Counted from the whole stretch's first letter, positions 36,592-49,590 are shown. The stretch is 63,947 nucleotides of DNA, filler included, from Basidioascus undulatus (GCA_000826855.1; 3 parts of 3 records of this genome joined end to end with filler, not necessarily neighbours in it), one strand, 5' to 3'. Numbers and translations are program-made. Notes: generated from the letters alone by a model not told the origin.

Positions 36592-37566
36592 CTATTCTGC
36601 CTCTTCACTGTTCAAAAAGCTCGATGCGCACCCCATCAGGCTGTAATCCAAGCGTCCTGCACTGCTGACAAAACGACGACACAGCATCTTGGTCTCTTCC
36701 AAAGACCGCTGGATCCACAGGACCCGCGTAGCACAATCGTCACTCGCAGCCGCCACGTAGCCCATCATCAGGCTGTGGAGCGCAGAGCGGTCCCTGGCGT
36801 CTCCCCGAACGACAAGGCGGTCGAGTCGGAATGTGCGCGCGAGCGCTTGGCCTATGTTGTTCGACAACGCAGATCCTGCACGCGGATAGACATTCTACCA
36901 ATCCCATAGGCCCCGCACCATTTTTTTTCACCTTAAGGGTCAACGGTGGGCCCCGGCCAGACGAGGTCAAGGGAGCGGAGCGATTCGGACCAATGAGGGA
37001 ATGTATCATAACACAGCTCGAAGATCTGGTCCGTGTCCAATTTTCCGAAGGCAAGGTTTGCGAAAGTGGGCCGGATGGGGCTCAAAGCCGCGAGGAACGC
37101 GGTATTGAAAGACGGAGCGTAGATGGGATTGACTGAGATGTGCAGCTGCAGCTCCTCGACTCCCGGACGCGCCGCGATGATGGTGCTGATGTTGGCGACG
37201 GAAGCGTCATGAGCGACCGAGCAATGGACATGTACGGAAGGCGAGCGGGAGGAGTACGGCCGCTGACGATCGATCGAAGCGGGAAACGAGATGGAGAGCG
37301 TGCGAGCGAACAGCGCAACAGAAGGAGCAGTGCGCAAGACGAGACGCACATAGAGCAGCGGGGCGGATATGTACGATAAGGCGGCCAACGTCAGTTAGCT
37401 AGCTTTCATTGTGACGGGCGACTCGGAGGGTTACGTTGTAGAGCGCTTGCGAGGCCTGCGCAAGGCGGGAGAGGGCCGCCTGCTTCGTCTGCTAGGGATC
37501 CCTTAAGTCTGCGAACCTACGCACGATCTTGAGAAGCAGCTCGACAGGAAGCGTAGGAATAACCAT
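36592..37566 (-). pseudogene. F-box/LRR-type protein pseudogene
   Basis: F-box-like start MVIPTLPVELLLKIVRRF. In-frame TAG at 37492-37494 is followed by continuing coding-like sequence QTKQAALSRLAQASQALYN. The intron 1 acceptor reads AC instead of AG at ~37371, and a TAA at 36933-36935 lies just before a donor. Confidence 0.7.
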
Positions 37567-37815
37567 GGGTGGGAGCAATCGGCGAGGGCACGACGCGGTG
37601 TGCGGTGTTGACGGGAGAGGGCAAGTGGTCGTTCGCGTTGAAGAGGCCGGGTCGAGTGAGCTGAGAGCGGATGTAACCTCGCTAACGAAACAGTAACGCA
37701 GCTTGCAAACTGAAGGGGAACTTCTGAAACGTTGTATGTGTGCCTCTGTCCAGAAAGGCCAAGCGCCGAACGAAGGCATCGGTGGCGCACGAAAAAGATA
37801 AAGAAGCAAACGATA

Positions 37816-37887
37816 TTCCTCCTAGCCGACTTGAACGACTGACCTCGTCATTACTAGTGACGCGCTCTACCACTGAGCTAAGGAGGA
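37816..37887 (-). tRNA. tRNA-Thr(AGT), intronless
   Basis: Minus strand folds as TCCTCCT TA GCTC AGTGGTA GAGC G CGTCA CTAGTAA TGACG AGGTC AGTCG TTCAAGT CGGCT AGGAGGA A, a full cloverleaf. A T5 terminator lies about 20 nt downstream (37792-37796). Confidence 0.93.
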
Positions 37888-39011
37888 AGATACCAGTAAT
37901 CAGTCAAAATACCAAATGGGCTGCTCAATATGCGTCAGCCAAAGTAAATTTTTCATCCACTAGCTCAGAAAGGCAGAATCCTTTTTCAAATCCTTCAAAG
38001 GAGTCGAGTTCCAAAACTACACGGGGGCTGTTTGCGCTTGGTGTGATGTGCACGCAGAAACCTCAGGACTTCTCGACCAACTAGTTGAAACCCAGTCTGA
38101 AATCACTTCTGATCCCCTACAAACACCCATACGATCATGTGAGTATGGTATAGCGGTTTCTCGATAATCGTGGGCGTGCGCAGGCGATGCTACTCTCACA
38201 GTGTTGTGCCAGATAGCTTGAATGGTCTGAAGAGCGAATAATCGCAGTTCGAGTGTAATGATCCTATTTATGGTTCAAAATAGTTTTCAGAGGGCAAAGG
38301 TAGTCCAATAGGAGGTGGTGCAGCCTGGAACGCAGGGAGACGCGACATTGTGCCGGCGACCACGCTGCACGCCTGGCCTTCCTCTGAAATGGAACGGTGT
38401 ATCTTGATTATTCAAGTTTGTCTCAGGATATACCATATTCAAATGCTGAAAAAATGTGTGTACGCCCGACAGTGTAGTGGAAAGCTGAGCAGGTCATGCA
38501 CCCAAACGAATCGGCCTTTCGAATGACGGCAATGCGTTCCTTGGTCCCAGCCTCCAGAGTTTTCCCCGGCACATGATGAGGACCTCCCCAAATAAGCTAG
38601 TCAAGGTCATGGAAGCGCTTGTAGTCTAGTCACAGTCACAGCGCCCTGGAAAAATTTAACGCGGCCTCCCCTCTTTCTATGTTTTGTTTGGGCAGTCACT
38701 GATCAGGCAGTCACCAATGGTTGCTGAGGGATTCTCTCCTCTTTGAATGTTTAGGTCCCTTGTTCGATTCTATCTCCCACCCGGCTCGGTCCTGCTGGGA
38801 GTTAGTGGATGTTCATAAGAAGTTTGAAGAACAGTTCGGCGCTGGCGGCCCGCGCAGGATTGTCTGTAGATGTCCTTCGTTTCCCGGTGACGGGGAGCCT
38901 CGGGATCGGTGGTGCAAACTTTCAAGGGCTCTTGCACTCGAGTTTACCTTGCAACACATTGCGCCTTCCTCTCCTCGCCGTCAAACTCCAACTACTGTCT
39001 CAGGTCTCATC

Positions 39012-40275
39012 ATGGGCCCCTCGCTGAAGGACCACATTGCTGCTGCACGGGAACAAATCATCTCGAAACTCTCGCTCCCTAGCCTTGTCAAGGCTTCTTC
39101 GGCGCGTCGAGGCATTTGCTGCACGCTGCACAGCACTACTCCGCTGTTCGGCGTCCACCATTTTGTGTACCGTCTCGACTTCACGGACGGCGTCAGCTGG
39201 GCGGCCAAGTTTCCCGTTCCGTATACCGCAATGGGCGAGTATGCCGCGGACGACATAGGCCTGCGGTGTCGTTCTTGTCTTTCGCCGCTGAGCATTTGCC
39301 GGCGTTGCCACTGCCGCGCATCATACGCACGAGAGGGACGGGAGGGACGGGAAGGAGATTGGGTCGCCATACATCCTCATGGACTGGGCAAAGGGGAAGG
39401 AGGGGCCCAGTTCCTGGAAAAACGTCGAGCAGCTGCCTACGATAACCGTCGAACACATCCTCGATCAGATCGCGCAGTTTGTGTGTGGTCCATCTCACGT
39501 ATGGCACCATCAAGCCTCCTGCTGATGAATGCGCATGAATCGAGCCACCTGCGGCCCTTCGCTTCGACCGAGGAATATGCGCTCGACCGCGTCGACTATC
39601 GAGTCCGCCGCAGACTTATCGGACGCGGTCCAAACTGGAGTCGATCTCGTCGACATGCTCCTGATGCGCTCGCTCGTCAGCCAGACTGCCGAGCACTACC
39701 CGGACGGCCGCTTCCCTGTCATGGTGACCTGCATTTCGGCGACATGTTCTTCTTCGACGAGTACAATCTGACTGCGCGAGTCCCTCGTTAGGCAACTTTT
39801 TCTTAAATGTCTCGCGTTGAAAACGTACTAATGTAACGTTTCTTTCTTTTCACTGCTTTGACAGTGTAAACAACGGAGCTAAGACCGCACCTGCATACGC
39901 CTCCCCTTTCCTTTCGCCTCTCGCGAGCACATGTTCCACAACATCGCCCCGAAGCGCCTCCGGATTAACCTTTCTTCTATTCGTCTCCACGAGATGCCTT
40001 TCCGCGCGCCCAGCGACCTCCGTCCCAGCATGGCGGACTACTTGTCCTGCGGCCCGGACGAGTATCTTGCGGTCCGCGCCGTCCACGGCCAGACCGCCGC
40101 AATCTGGCGCTTGGCTGACGTGGAGTACGGCGGGAAGGCGACGAGAGGAGCGCTCGAGCCCGCTAGGGCAGAGCTGGAGAAGGTGCGGGAGAAGTGGCCG
40201 GAGCATACTTCGGGCGAGGAGGTCAGGCAAGCGGAGGCATTCATCGAGCAGGATCTGGCGTCTCTGCCGAAATGA
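39012..40275 (+). pseudogene. Aminoglycoside-phosphotransferase-like (kinase-like) pseudogene
   Basis: FGVHHFVYRLDFTDGVSWAAKFP, FAAEHLPALPLPRI, PYILMDW and the Brenner-like HGDLH motif are spread over different frames with no introns to explain the switches. Confidence 0.7.
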
Positions 40276-40520
40276 ACCGGCGACTGTCTTTAGCGTTCAT
40301 AGGCCTTCGATGATGTATATTGCTGCACGCAAAAGTCGCTACCGGTGGAACTGCATCCCGACATACTGAAAATACATTCTATCCGCATAAGCTCAGTTTG
40401 AAACCGTGTCCATGTACGAAATCGTCCGTAATACAACACCGAATGCAATGCCGAGATCGGTATGCCATTATCAATCGATCCGAACGAAGCTCCATCTGTC
40501 CGTCCGCAAATGTGGTAACC

Positions 40521-43500
40521 CTATGAAAGGAAGTGCAAGACAAAGCGCTTGCGGTCTGCTGCGGACGAGGACGCGACGGCGCGGTCCGCGGGTATGCTCG
40601 GGTCGGGGCGGAGGATCTGCTCGATATCAAGCAAGGTGTCCGGACCGAGCATCAGCTTCAGAAAGTGGAGGAGGTGGACAAGGGGATAAGCCGGGGGAAA
40701 CGCACGATCGGAGCGAAAGCCGCAGCGAGCTTGTCCAGCACCGTCTTGTCATTTGGCCGTCTCCCCTCCTCCACGACGAGCCGAAGGAAGCTCGTCAGAT
40801 AAATAAGCGTGTTGACATGCGCCGAAGGGAGTGCGTCGAGGCTCTGTCATTCGCACCGTCCACCGCCCACCGTCCACCCACATCCTGTCAGTCTTCCGAA
40901 CCCCTATGCCGCTTTCAAGTGCCCCCATGTACCTGAAACGCATCCTCCTTCGTCACCGCCTGCTCGCACCGGCGCTGCAGCGGATACGGCACGATAGGGT
41001 CCGGGAGGCTCTCGAGAAAGCGGATGACCGTCTCCGCCATCGAGTGCACCGTGACGTCGTCGTCGGCCTTGCGCGCGTCCGCCGACTCGCCCACGTCGTC
41101 GGGGTCGGGCGTTTCGTCCGGCGGCGGCGGCGAGGGGGACGATGAGGGTTTCGGAGGGTGTAGGCCGAAGTCCTCGCCTGCGTCGAGGCACTGCGTTGCG
41201 GGAGCGAATCTCTTTCAGCATTAGCTGAGGTTTGTTCCCAGCGAAAGACGCGAGCGTACGTACCTCCCGGATGTGCTGCACCAGCTCCGGCGAGCCCGGC
41301 GACAGAAACAGACCCTCCTGCGTGCGACAGCAGAGTTAGCCAGACTTTCGCTCAAGCACCGATAGCTCGAGACGACACGCACAGTGCCGACATAGTCCGA
41401 CAGCCAGTCCATCATTCGGAACAGCTCGCGCGGCACGGACACGGCGTTCGCCGTGGGCACAAGGAGGTCGTTTGCTGTGTCGAGCGGGATGGTCCGGATC
41501 GGGCGCGGGAGACGGACGAGGCGGGTTCTGGTGGGCAGTGATCATTCAGGCTCTGCCAAGGAGGGAGGGAACGAGGCAAGAGGGAGGAGGCAGAGTAATC
41601 CGTACAGTGGGTTTGCGAAGCACGTCGGCAGCCACGTGCCCTGCACGGTGATAAACGCGTCGAGCCCATTCTGCACGTTCAGTACGAGGATGTCTGTCCC
41701 ACCCCACCTCACGCAGTGTCAGCCAGCCCGCCAAAACATCTTCTTCCTTTCCTTCCTCAGCTACGAAAAAAAGGCAGGCGGACCCTCGAGCTTGTCCTCC
41801 GCCGCATTCAGCGCAGGCGCAGTCGAGTTGTCCACGAGCGCCGTGAGCTTGATCGTCTCGCTCTCGCCTTCGCACCATCATGAACAATCTCAGCACTCAG
41901 ACACGGGAGGGGATGTCTGATCAGATGGCAAGAGGACGCACCGGGTATGATGAGCCCCGACTGCGGGACAGCCCACAACCACGGCCTGCACACGGCCGTA
42001 TCGCCCGCTTTGGGAATGAACCTGAACGTAACGACGACCTATCCGCCCAAGACATCACCTCCTATCAGCCTTAGCCCCTCCCCTCCCTGTTTTCAGCGAA
42101 GAACCCAACGTACCTGCCCCGTATTCCTGATGCTAACCTCCCTCGTCCGCGGACTCAAGTACCCCACCTCCCCCAGCTCGACCACATGCTCCGACACCTC
42201 CACCTGCGGCCGCGCCTCGTTCTCGTAGTTGTCGAGCTCCTTGAGGAGCTGCGTATGCACGCGCGCCGCGCGCGCGGCGTCCACCGTGCGGACGGTGAGG
42301 GAGAGCGTGGACGCGACGGGCTTGTGGTCGGAGAGGGTGAGGGAGGGGTAGGAGGAGTAGGTGTGCTGTGAGAGGGGGTCTTTGGAACGATACAGGATCC
42401 GGTCTAAGAAAGGAAGGGCGTGAGTTGGGGTGGAAGGGGGAGTGGGACGGGACAGGGACGGACCGCAATACGCTGGGCAGCGCTGCTTCTCGGACGTGTC
42501 GAATGTGGAGGTGCCGACTGCCCAACAGCAGTTGAGCTTGATCCTTTGGTCCCTAGCTCAACGTCGAACTGAACGCACCGTCATACTTGTACGTCCTGCT
42601 CCTCCCCCTCACAATCAGCATCCCTCTCCATCTCCCGCTTCCAGAGCCCCAAACGAAACGCACGGCGGGAACGTAATCGCGCCCTCCTCGAACCCCGCAA
42701 ACGCGGCCTTGTTCCGTCTCTGCGCAGTGAGCTGCCCTCCCACGCCCAAACCGCCATTTCAGCATCTTCTCCTCTCCGTCTCCGTCTCCATGTCCCTCCC
42801 CTCCCCGCGCACGCGCACCTGCTCAGAAGCAATCAAGAACGCCCAATCCCTCTTATCAACATACGCCTTGACGTCCGCGCTGGGCAACTCGATGCGGTAG
42901 TTCAAATCTGTCTCACCCTCGCGCCCTCATCAGCCCCCTTCCCCGCACCTCCCGCTCGAATGGACGAACGCACCCCCCAGCCAGATGACGTGGTGCGCGT
43001 CGTTGACCGTCGCAGTCGAGAGCGGCTTCTGGAAAAGGTCGGCGGGCGGGCTATCTTCTCCGTAGGAGGATACAGAGAATGTGGAGGAAGAAGAGGAAGT
43101 GGAAGAGGAGGCGGCGGTGGTGGTGGAGGGGGGAGGGACGAAAGCGAGGCGGCGCGAGATGTCGTGGAAGTCTTGGTTGCGGCGCGCTATGTGTGGGAGG
43201 CAACAGGTTGGCAGTCGTCAGCATGGGAGAGGGAGAGAGTAAATGTGAAAGAGTGGATAGCGCACCTGTTTGGTTCGTGAACGCTGCGAGATGCGAGTTG
43301 ATGAAGCAGAGGTAGGCTGTCGAGACCCCATTCTCATCAGACTCCATCCGTCCTCCACTCTCCATCCCATCCCTCCCGCCCTTCGGAGCACGCACAGTCC
43401 CTGAACCTCAGCCGCACAGCCGTCGCGCCCTTGTTCCCCTGTGACCTCGCCCGATGCGTCAGCCCAATTGTTCTCATACGGCGAAGCCAGAGTCTAGGAT

Positions 43501-44320
43501 GAGGAAACGGAAGGGGGCTGGGAGAAGGTGCAGAAGAGAGAAGGACGCACCATCATACCCAGCACGCCCGTGCCCACGCTGCTAGTCGTCACCTCCGAAA
43601 TATGGCGCGCCGCGCCCCGCTTTGCGAACACGACGATGAGGATTCCGACGAGTTGTCGGGAAGCGACCTGGTTCGTCGCACACGTTCCTTATTCCTCAGT
43701 CCCACTTCCATCACAACCCTGCCCAAGGACAACGGGAAGTGGCCATAAGGGGGAGGAAGCAACCGCACCTTAACATAACCCTCCCCCCCCTTCCCCCCCC
43801 CCTCGCCCTCCCCGCCGAGCGCCNNNNNNNNNNNNNNNNNNNNNNNNNNNNNNNNNNNNNNNNNNNNTTAATTAATTAANNNNNNNNNNNNNNNNNNNNN
43901 NNNNNNNNNNNNNNNNNNNNNNNACAACAGGTCCAGCGCGCCGAACGCCGCAAGCTCGGCAAGTGAGCGGAGGGGCGGCATCGGGAGGGAGGGGATGTAC
44001 CCGTCCTCGAGCTTGACGCTGATGCTCCGCTGGCGCCGGTGCTTCTCGCTCCACGTCTTCCCGCCGGCGGGATCCCCGCCGAGCCAGTGCCCGAAGACCG
44101 CGCCGAGGCCGTACCCCTCGTCCTCGACGGGCGGAGGGGGTACGTCCCGCCGCGGCTGCAGGCGCGGGGAGGCGGTGAGCGCCGGCGGGGCTGGCGGCGG
44201 CGGCGTGGGTGGGAGAGTTGAGATGCTTCGCCCTCGCGAGCGGGTGGTGCTGAGCGCAGGGCGGTACGGCGCGGAGGCGGAGAGCGTCGTGGACGTCGCG
44301 AGAGAGGAGGACGTCGACAT
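40521..44320 (-). CDS. OCRL/INPP5B-like inositol polyphosphate 5-phosphatase with C-terminal ASH and RhoGAP-like domains (spans gap 2)
   Basis: 5-phosphatase motifs GNKGATAVRL, CFINSHLAAF, GDLNYRI, FPPTYKY, PAYCDRIL and SDHKPV are present. These are followed by ELDNYENEARP, DILVLNVQNGLDAFI and VPRELFRMMDWL. Ends FVLHFLS*. Confidence 0.88.
43824..43923. other. Assembly gap (100 nt) with artificial linker TTAATTAATTAA at 43868-43879
   Basis: N run with a central linker, interrupting the 5-phosphatase gene. Confidence 0.97.
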
Positions 44321-45019
44321 CGTGGGCGGTTTACGACTCTAGTCTACGTGATTCGAGTTCCAACTCGTCGTCTATGATTCGTTCAACGTCCGAAAACGCT
44401 GTACGATGCTCGATGCGCTGTGGGTGTTGCGTGAGGGGGGAGTGAAGGGAGCGGTCGAGAGGAGGCAGGAAATCGCGGACGCCGAGCGAGCACTTGGTTG
44501 GGAGACGATCGACCCTGGCTCTGCTGCAGATTGCACGGCCTTCCCCTCGGGGGCCGGCCGGCGCACGCCATGACGGCCGCCGGTGCGCTCATCGTCAGCG
44601 ATCATCTCGGCCCACGCTCGGCGGTTCGGTCGAGACTCGCTCATCTTCCCCTGTCCTCTGTCTTCCTTCACTTTGACATGCAGATGATGTCATTTTCTCC
44701 TGATCTCAACAGGTGGTGGGAACACCGCTCGGAACGACGATCTTGAGTGATGTACATGCTTGGATGTACACAGAGAGAGAAAACGGAGGAGAACAAAAAA
44801 AACGTCATGAGCAGGAACGACTCGCGTGCCACAGGCCCGTGGCCCGTGCCTGCTGCGCTCAGGCCCCCCTCGCCTCTCCGCCCAAACTTCGAATCAAGTT
44901 TCGATTACTAAATGGCCATGAATGATTAATATCGACGCTAGGTCGTTAATATGGGGCGCTCGAGCCTGGAAGAGCGTACGGCGGGTCGGGTCGAGGAAGA
45001 CTGACTCAGCGCGGTTTTT

Positions 45020-45560
45020 CTAAAGCCGTCGGGAGTGCCGGACGAACGAGATGGAGCGAAGAGGTTGGAAGAGGTCAAGGCGAGGGTCGTGTGAGCGGAC
45101 GGGAAGCTTGAGGTGTTTGCTGAGGTGTTTCTCGTAGCTTTTTGCCGGTGCCCGGGGAGCACTGTAACAGCCTGGGAAGGAGGCGCAATCCCCGGCTGAC
45201 CTTCAGTCATTCCTTCGTCCCTTCGTCCTCGAGCTTCGCAATCTCGCGCGCGGTCATTGGGCGTACGACGCCCATGCTGGGCGCGTGTTCATCCTGCACA
45301 TGGTTCAGCTCCCGATCTCGGGCGACATGCCTGGCTCGAACAAGGTCGGCGGGTGGGCGGGAACCGGCGGGTGTCGCGGCTGTCGGTTCTGCGAGATCGT
45401 GGGCATCTGGAATCTGGAACAGGCACGCTTACTACTATCCTCTCGAACGGCTCGACGGATACGTCGCGCCGCTGGGGCGCCACCGCCCATTCGTTACAAT
45501 CCGTCCGCACTCCCGATGCGGACACAAGCACGCCACCTGCTTCGAGTCGCTGAGCTGGTT
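45020..45560 (-). pseudogene. Possible decayed zinc-finger-like gene fragment
   Basis: Contains CPHRECG, then MTAREIAKLEDEGTKE*LK with TGA at 45207-45209 before a GTCAGC donor. A downstream KSYEKHLSKHL segment is reachable only by a frame change. Confidence 0.25.
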
Positions 45561-46337
45561 GCCGGTGTCGCCGGGCCCGAGTCCTTCCCTAGTTGATACA
45601 GTGCCATGTAGGGGCTTGTAGCATTGTGTGGCACAATTATTAGTGCAGGTTCGATTCCAGCCGAGTCTGGCTTTTCTTTTGAAAAATGGCCGATCCTTAC
45701 ACTGGCACAGCGGCACCTTAACGTAGCAGATGATCGGCCCCCTACTTGGTGAGCAATGCTGCACACAATTTGCGGCAAGGGAAATTGCACCTGACGAAAA
45801 CTTATCCTCATATGGACTTGAGCATCGGGTCCAGTATTCAAATGAGACGCGGTATGGCTCGTGATGGGTGCGGCTGTGCGAAAGCGTCCGGCCAGTTGCG
45901 ATGCAACGAGCTGTCAACTTTCAGTGGTAAGATGGAGATGCTTTTCGGGATGAGATGCTTCCCTTGAGTATACTTTTGGGGGGTACTATGCGATAATGCG
46001 AATGCTGAGTCTCTCAGCTTGTAGCCTGACAGAATGAACTGTTTCCTTAGCATTGCGCCCACCAAAGTTCTCCCACTTTATTACTCATATTCGAGCGATC
46101 AGGACCCGACAGGGCGACCAGGACTAAGCGCGCAGAGGTTCCTTTTGTCCGGAGGTCTCTCCTTGGAGGGTGTGCACAAAATCGTCGGAGGCGCTCAGCT
46201 ACACAAAACACCCGAGTACAGCACGAACTGCTTCTTTCCCAGTATCTTTGACCACAATCCATTGAGATAATTTACACCCTCGAGAGTACTATCGATACAG
46301 TCGACACTTCTTCCTCTTCTATTCCCCTTGAACTACT

Positions 46338-48718
46338 CTAGGTAGTGAAGCGGAATCCTGCAGAAAAAGTCATGTTATTTTCAACTCAGGCATGTCGTGA
46401 AGGACGTGAGACCCACCTTCACGGCCTTGAATGTGCACACCCGTTCGATCCGCCCGGGCGTTGAGGACTTTGAACCGGACCATCGTTGCGCCGGTGATGG
46501 CGATCATGGTGAACTGCATGCCGATGCTGGACCACAGGCCGCCTATAAAGAGTGGGGCGTGCTCAGAATACGTGAAATGCCTTTTGGGGGGAGAAAGAAG
46601 TCGCACGGGAGATAGCGGGGTGCATCGGCCTGGCGGTAGGTGAGGGACGAAATGACTCCGCCGACACCGCCTAGAGGTTTATGATCTATCAGAGACGGTG
46701 ATTTCATGAAGGTCGCTTGGATGCGGCGGACTGAAGGAAGTAACAACAGCCGCCGCGACAGCCTTCTTGGAGTACCCCACCACGTTGTTCGCTTGCTGAA
46801 CGCACGACAAATTAAGAGCACGTCAGCTAAAGTCCTTGAGAATATGCATTCCTCACGGTTTACCCAGGCAAGGATAGAAGACAAGTTCGTGTGGGTTCCC
46901 ATCAATCCAGAGAAGCACCCGAGGTACTTGACGCCGGGCGTGGGCGCGTACGCGATGAGGATGAGCCCGATGAGCGTGAGCGCGCTGAGGCATATAATGA
47001 AGGGCCCTCGGATGCGCGCTTTGTCCGCGAGGTGGCCGACGCTGACACCGCAGATGATGGCTGCGATGTAGGGCGGGCAGGACTGTGCGCGTTGCTGTGA
47101 GTTACCACCGTGCAGTATGTGGGGAAGGCGAGGACGCACGAGTAGCTGGGCGTCACGGTTGATGAAACCGATGCCTTTCTGAAGCAACAATAGGTTGAGT
47201 GAGGGCCTATCAGGATGAATCCGCGTATTCACGCACTAGGATGAGTGGCAAGAAGAGCGAGAAGGCGTAGGAAACGACACAGCCGAGGCCTGCAGGAAAG
47301 AGGAAACGAAGTGAGTGAAGGGTTTTCGGAAACAGACTCTCGCTGTATAACACACCGAAAAGGATTCCCATCGTCCAAACGTTCAGATCGGCAAGGTGCG
47401 TGAGCGCCTTCGCCAGTGTGAGCTTCTCGACCTCCTCCTCGCCACCCGTATCCGCAGCCAGCCGGGCGAGGACGAACACCTTCTCCTCGGGCTTGAGGAA
47501 CGTGCTGCCGCGCGGAAGAGCCCGTACGAGGCGAAGGTGATTGTCGTGAGACCTGACATAACGAAGATCTGGTTGTCCCAACGCAGGAGATGTCAGCATT
47601 GGCGCCTCGTGCGCTTTTAAAGAAAGCAGGAATAATAGCTCACCCAGTGCCAGGCTTTGAGACCGCCGAGACCCTCCATTTGAGAAAACGCCCAGAGTAG
47701 GATTTTACTGTGCGCAAAATGATCAGTTGGTGTCCAGGACGTGTTGCAAAGTCAGATAACCGACGAACCTGAAACCTTGGAAGGTTTGACCAATCAAATA
47801 GAATGCGGCAATGCGCTTATGAACCTCGTAGCGGCGATACCTGTGTAAAATGTTGTCGTGAGCGGAAGGACACAAATGGTGTGGAAGCAGACCTTACCAT
47901 GTTGAAACGAGGTAAGTTGCACCGGGAAGCAGGCCCGCTTCGAGAGCACCGAGGACCAGGCGAAGGATTGCGATATCATACTTGTTAGATGAATAAACAG
48001 TATCGTGCAGGCTGAGGTAACAAATCATCAGGACTGAACACCCTACCCAGTGTTTGACAAAGCCACAACCAAGCTGTTTGCCGATGGTGCCTCAGAATTG
48101 CGACATATCTCGGGTGATTGCAAAGAGGCGACTGACCACGACGACACCGAAAGAGATGCCTAGACATGGCATGTACCAGCGGGGAGGGAGGTGCCGAATG
48201 AGGATGTTGGAGGGAATGGCGAAAAGAACGTAGGTAGGGAAGAAGCACAGCGAAGCGATGCTGTAGCGTTCGCCGATGTTGAAGCCCTATAAAAGAATCC
48301 TCGAGTCAATCCTTATAGAGGACTTTTGAGAGGGGGGGCCTACGAGGTCTGCGTCCATGCCGACCATCCGTGCGTTGGGAAGTTGGAGCGGTCCATGCTG
48401 TCCGCGAATCGAGTTAAGTACAGCCGTCCAGAGGTAGAAGAAAAACAGCCTACATGGAGCATCCGTAAAGAAAGCCGAGGAGGGGTACAATCATGAGATC
48501 GACTTTGAAGCTGCAGCAGTGCAAATTCAAGGTGCGAGTCAGATTAGTCAAGTCTTAACGGTGAAACTGTTGACGCCGTCTTACAGCGTCCACTTAAACT
48601 TCGTGCCGGCATGCTCGTAAGTCTGCGCTGCCGGGCTTCCGGCCTCAGCGTCGGCGAACGAAACGCGATCGACATCTTCCTTGCCATAAATTGGGGCTTT
48701 GGGGTTATGGGAGACCAT
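46338..48718 (-). pseudogene. MFS transporter (anion:cation symporter, allantoate/nicotinate permease-like) pseudogene
   Basis: Motifs KVDLMIVPLL, MDRSN, NARMVGM, RLVLGALEAGLLPG, WYRRYE, GLGGLKAWHWIF and ADKARIRG are present, ending GFRFTT*. A 1-nt deletion at ~48377-48381 leaves 5 nt between the two Asn codons of SNxxNAR. A larger frame-breaking deletion near 47513 removes the expected xPDFP segment. Confidence 0.8.
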
Positions 48719-48818
48719 TAGTATTTGGTGAGTGTAGGGCCCCAGGTGCAGGTCGGGTGTGCAGTGGAGAGCAATGCGCGAGGGGCCGCTTGACCTGCCA
48801 CTACACCAGCCCTCATCC

Positions 48819-49590
48819 ATGACGGATGGCTGCATACCCGAGCGGGCCACGTCGGCCGAGGCGCGGCAGAACTACGAGGCACGTGCGATCTGCGGCAAGC
48901 CTACGGTCCCGGACTGCGGGTGTCCAGACGGCTGCACTATCCTCTATCACGAAGTGGAGCTTCTCGGCGACGAGCACGAGTTGCTGGGGGGAGGCCTCCA
49001 TAGTGAGAAGGGCCGCCTGCACTTCGTAGTGACCTTCAGAGGCCAGGACGGCGAGAGCGGCAGCTTCGAGGAGCTCTTCACCTACACCCCCAGCGCTATG
49101 CCCCACGCCCTGTCCCCCGAGGTCGCCCGGAGGCCGCCGCCGCGGGAGACGGGGATCATTGGGGCGCCGTCCAGGTGACTACCCTACCGTCAGGCGAGTG
49201 GCAGTGCAAGTACCATAAGTAGAAGGCGCCGAAGCTCGTACGGCTTCCAGGCGTCGCTCTAGTAGACGTGGTCTCTGGTGGCGCTCTAAGGAGGACCGCA
49301 GGGAGCTCGAGATGTACCCCTACCTGCGGGGCCTGGGGATCCACCCCGAGATACTCGCGCCGGTGGTCAAGGACGGGAAGCTGGCAGGCTTCGTAATGGA
49401 GAAGCTGCCGGGCCACCACCCGAAGCCCAGTGACCTCAACGCCTGCCTCACCGCCCTCCGAGAGGCGATGTCAGTTTGTTGGGGACTGCCAGGCACATTA
49501 CGGTACCTCTTTATTCGACCCAAAGGTCGGTGGGCGTCGGCACTCACGCTTCGCGACTGTGGACCCGTGGACAGCTGCCTATGCGCGTGA
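48819..49590 (+). pseudogene. Degenerate atypical kinase-like gene
   Basis: RELEMYPYLRGLGIHPEILAPVVKDGKLAGFVMEKLPGHHPKPSDLNACLTALRE resembles a fungal kinase-like N-lobe and hinge. It is separated from the upstream ORF by stops, and the expected HGD catalytic segment is missing. Confidence 0.45.

Noticed and set aside
27046..37494. Two premature stops in the same CC-TAG-CAG context (GH71 at 27046, F-box at 37492), suggesting A-to-I stop correction or readthrough
   Set aside because: Both genes carry additional lesions (a frameshift in GH71; a lost acceptor and a TAA in the F-box gene) that editing or readthrough of that codon could not repair. Simple TGG>TAG decay is sufficient.
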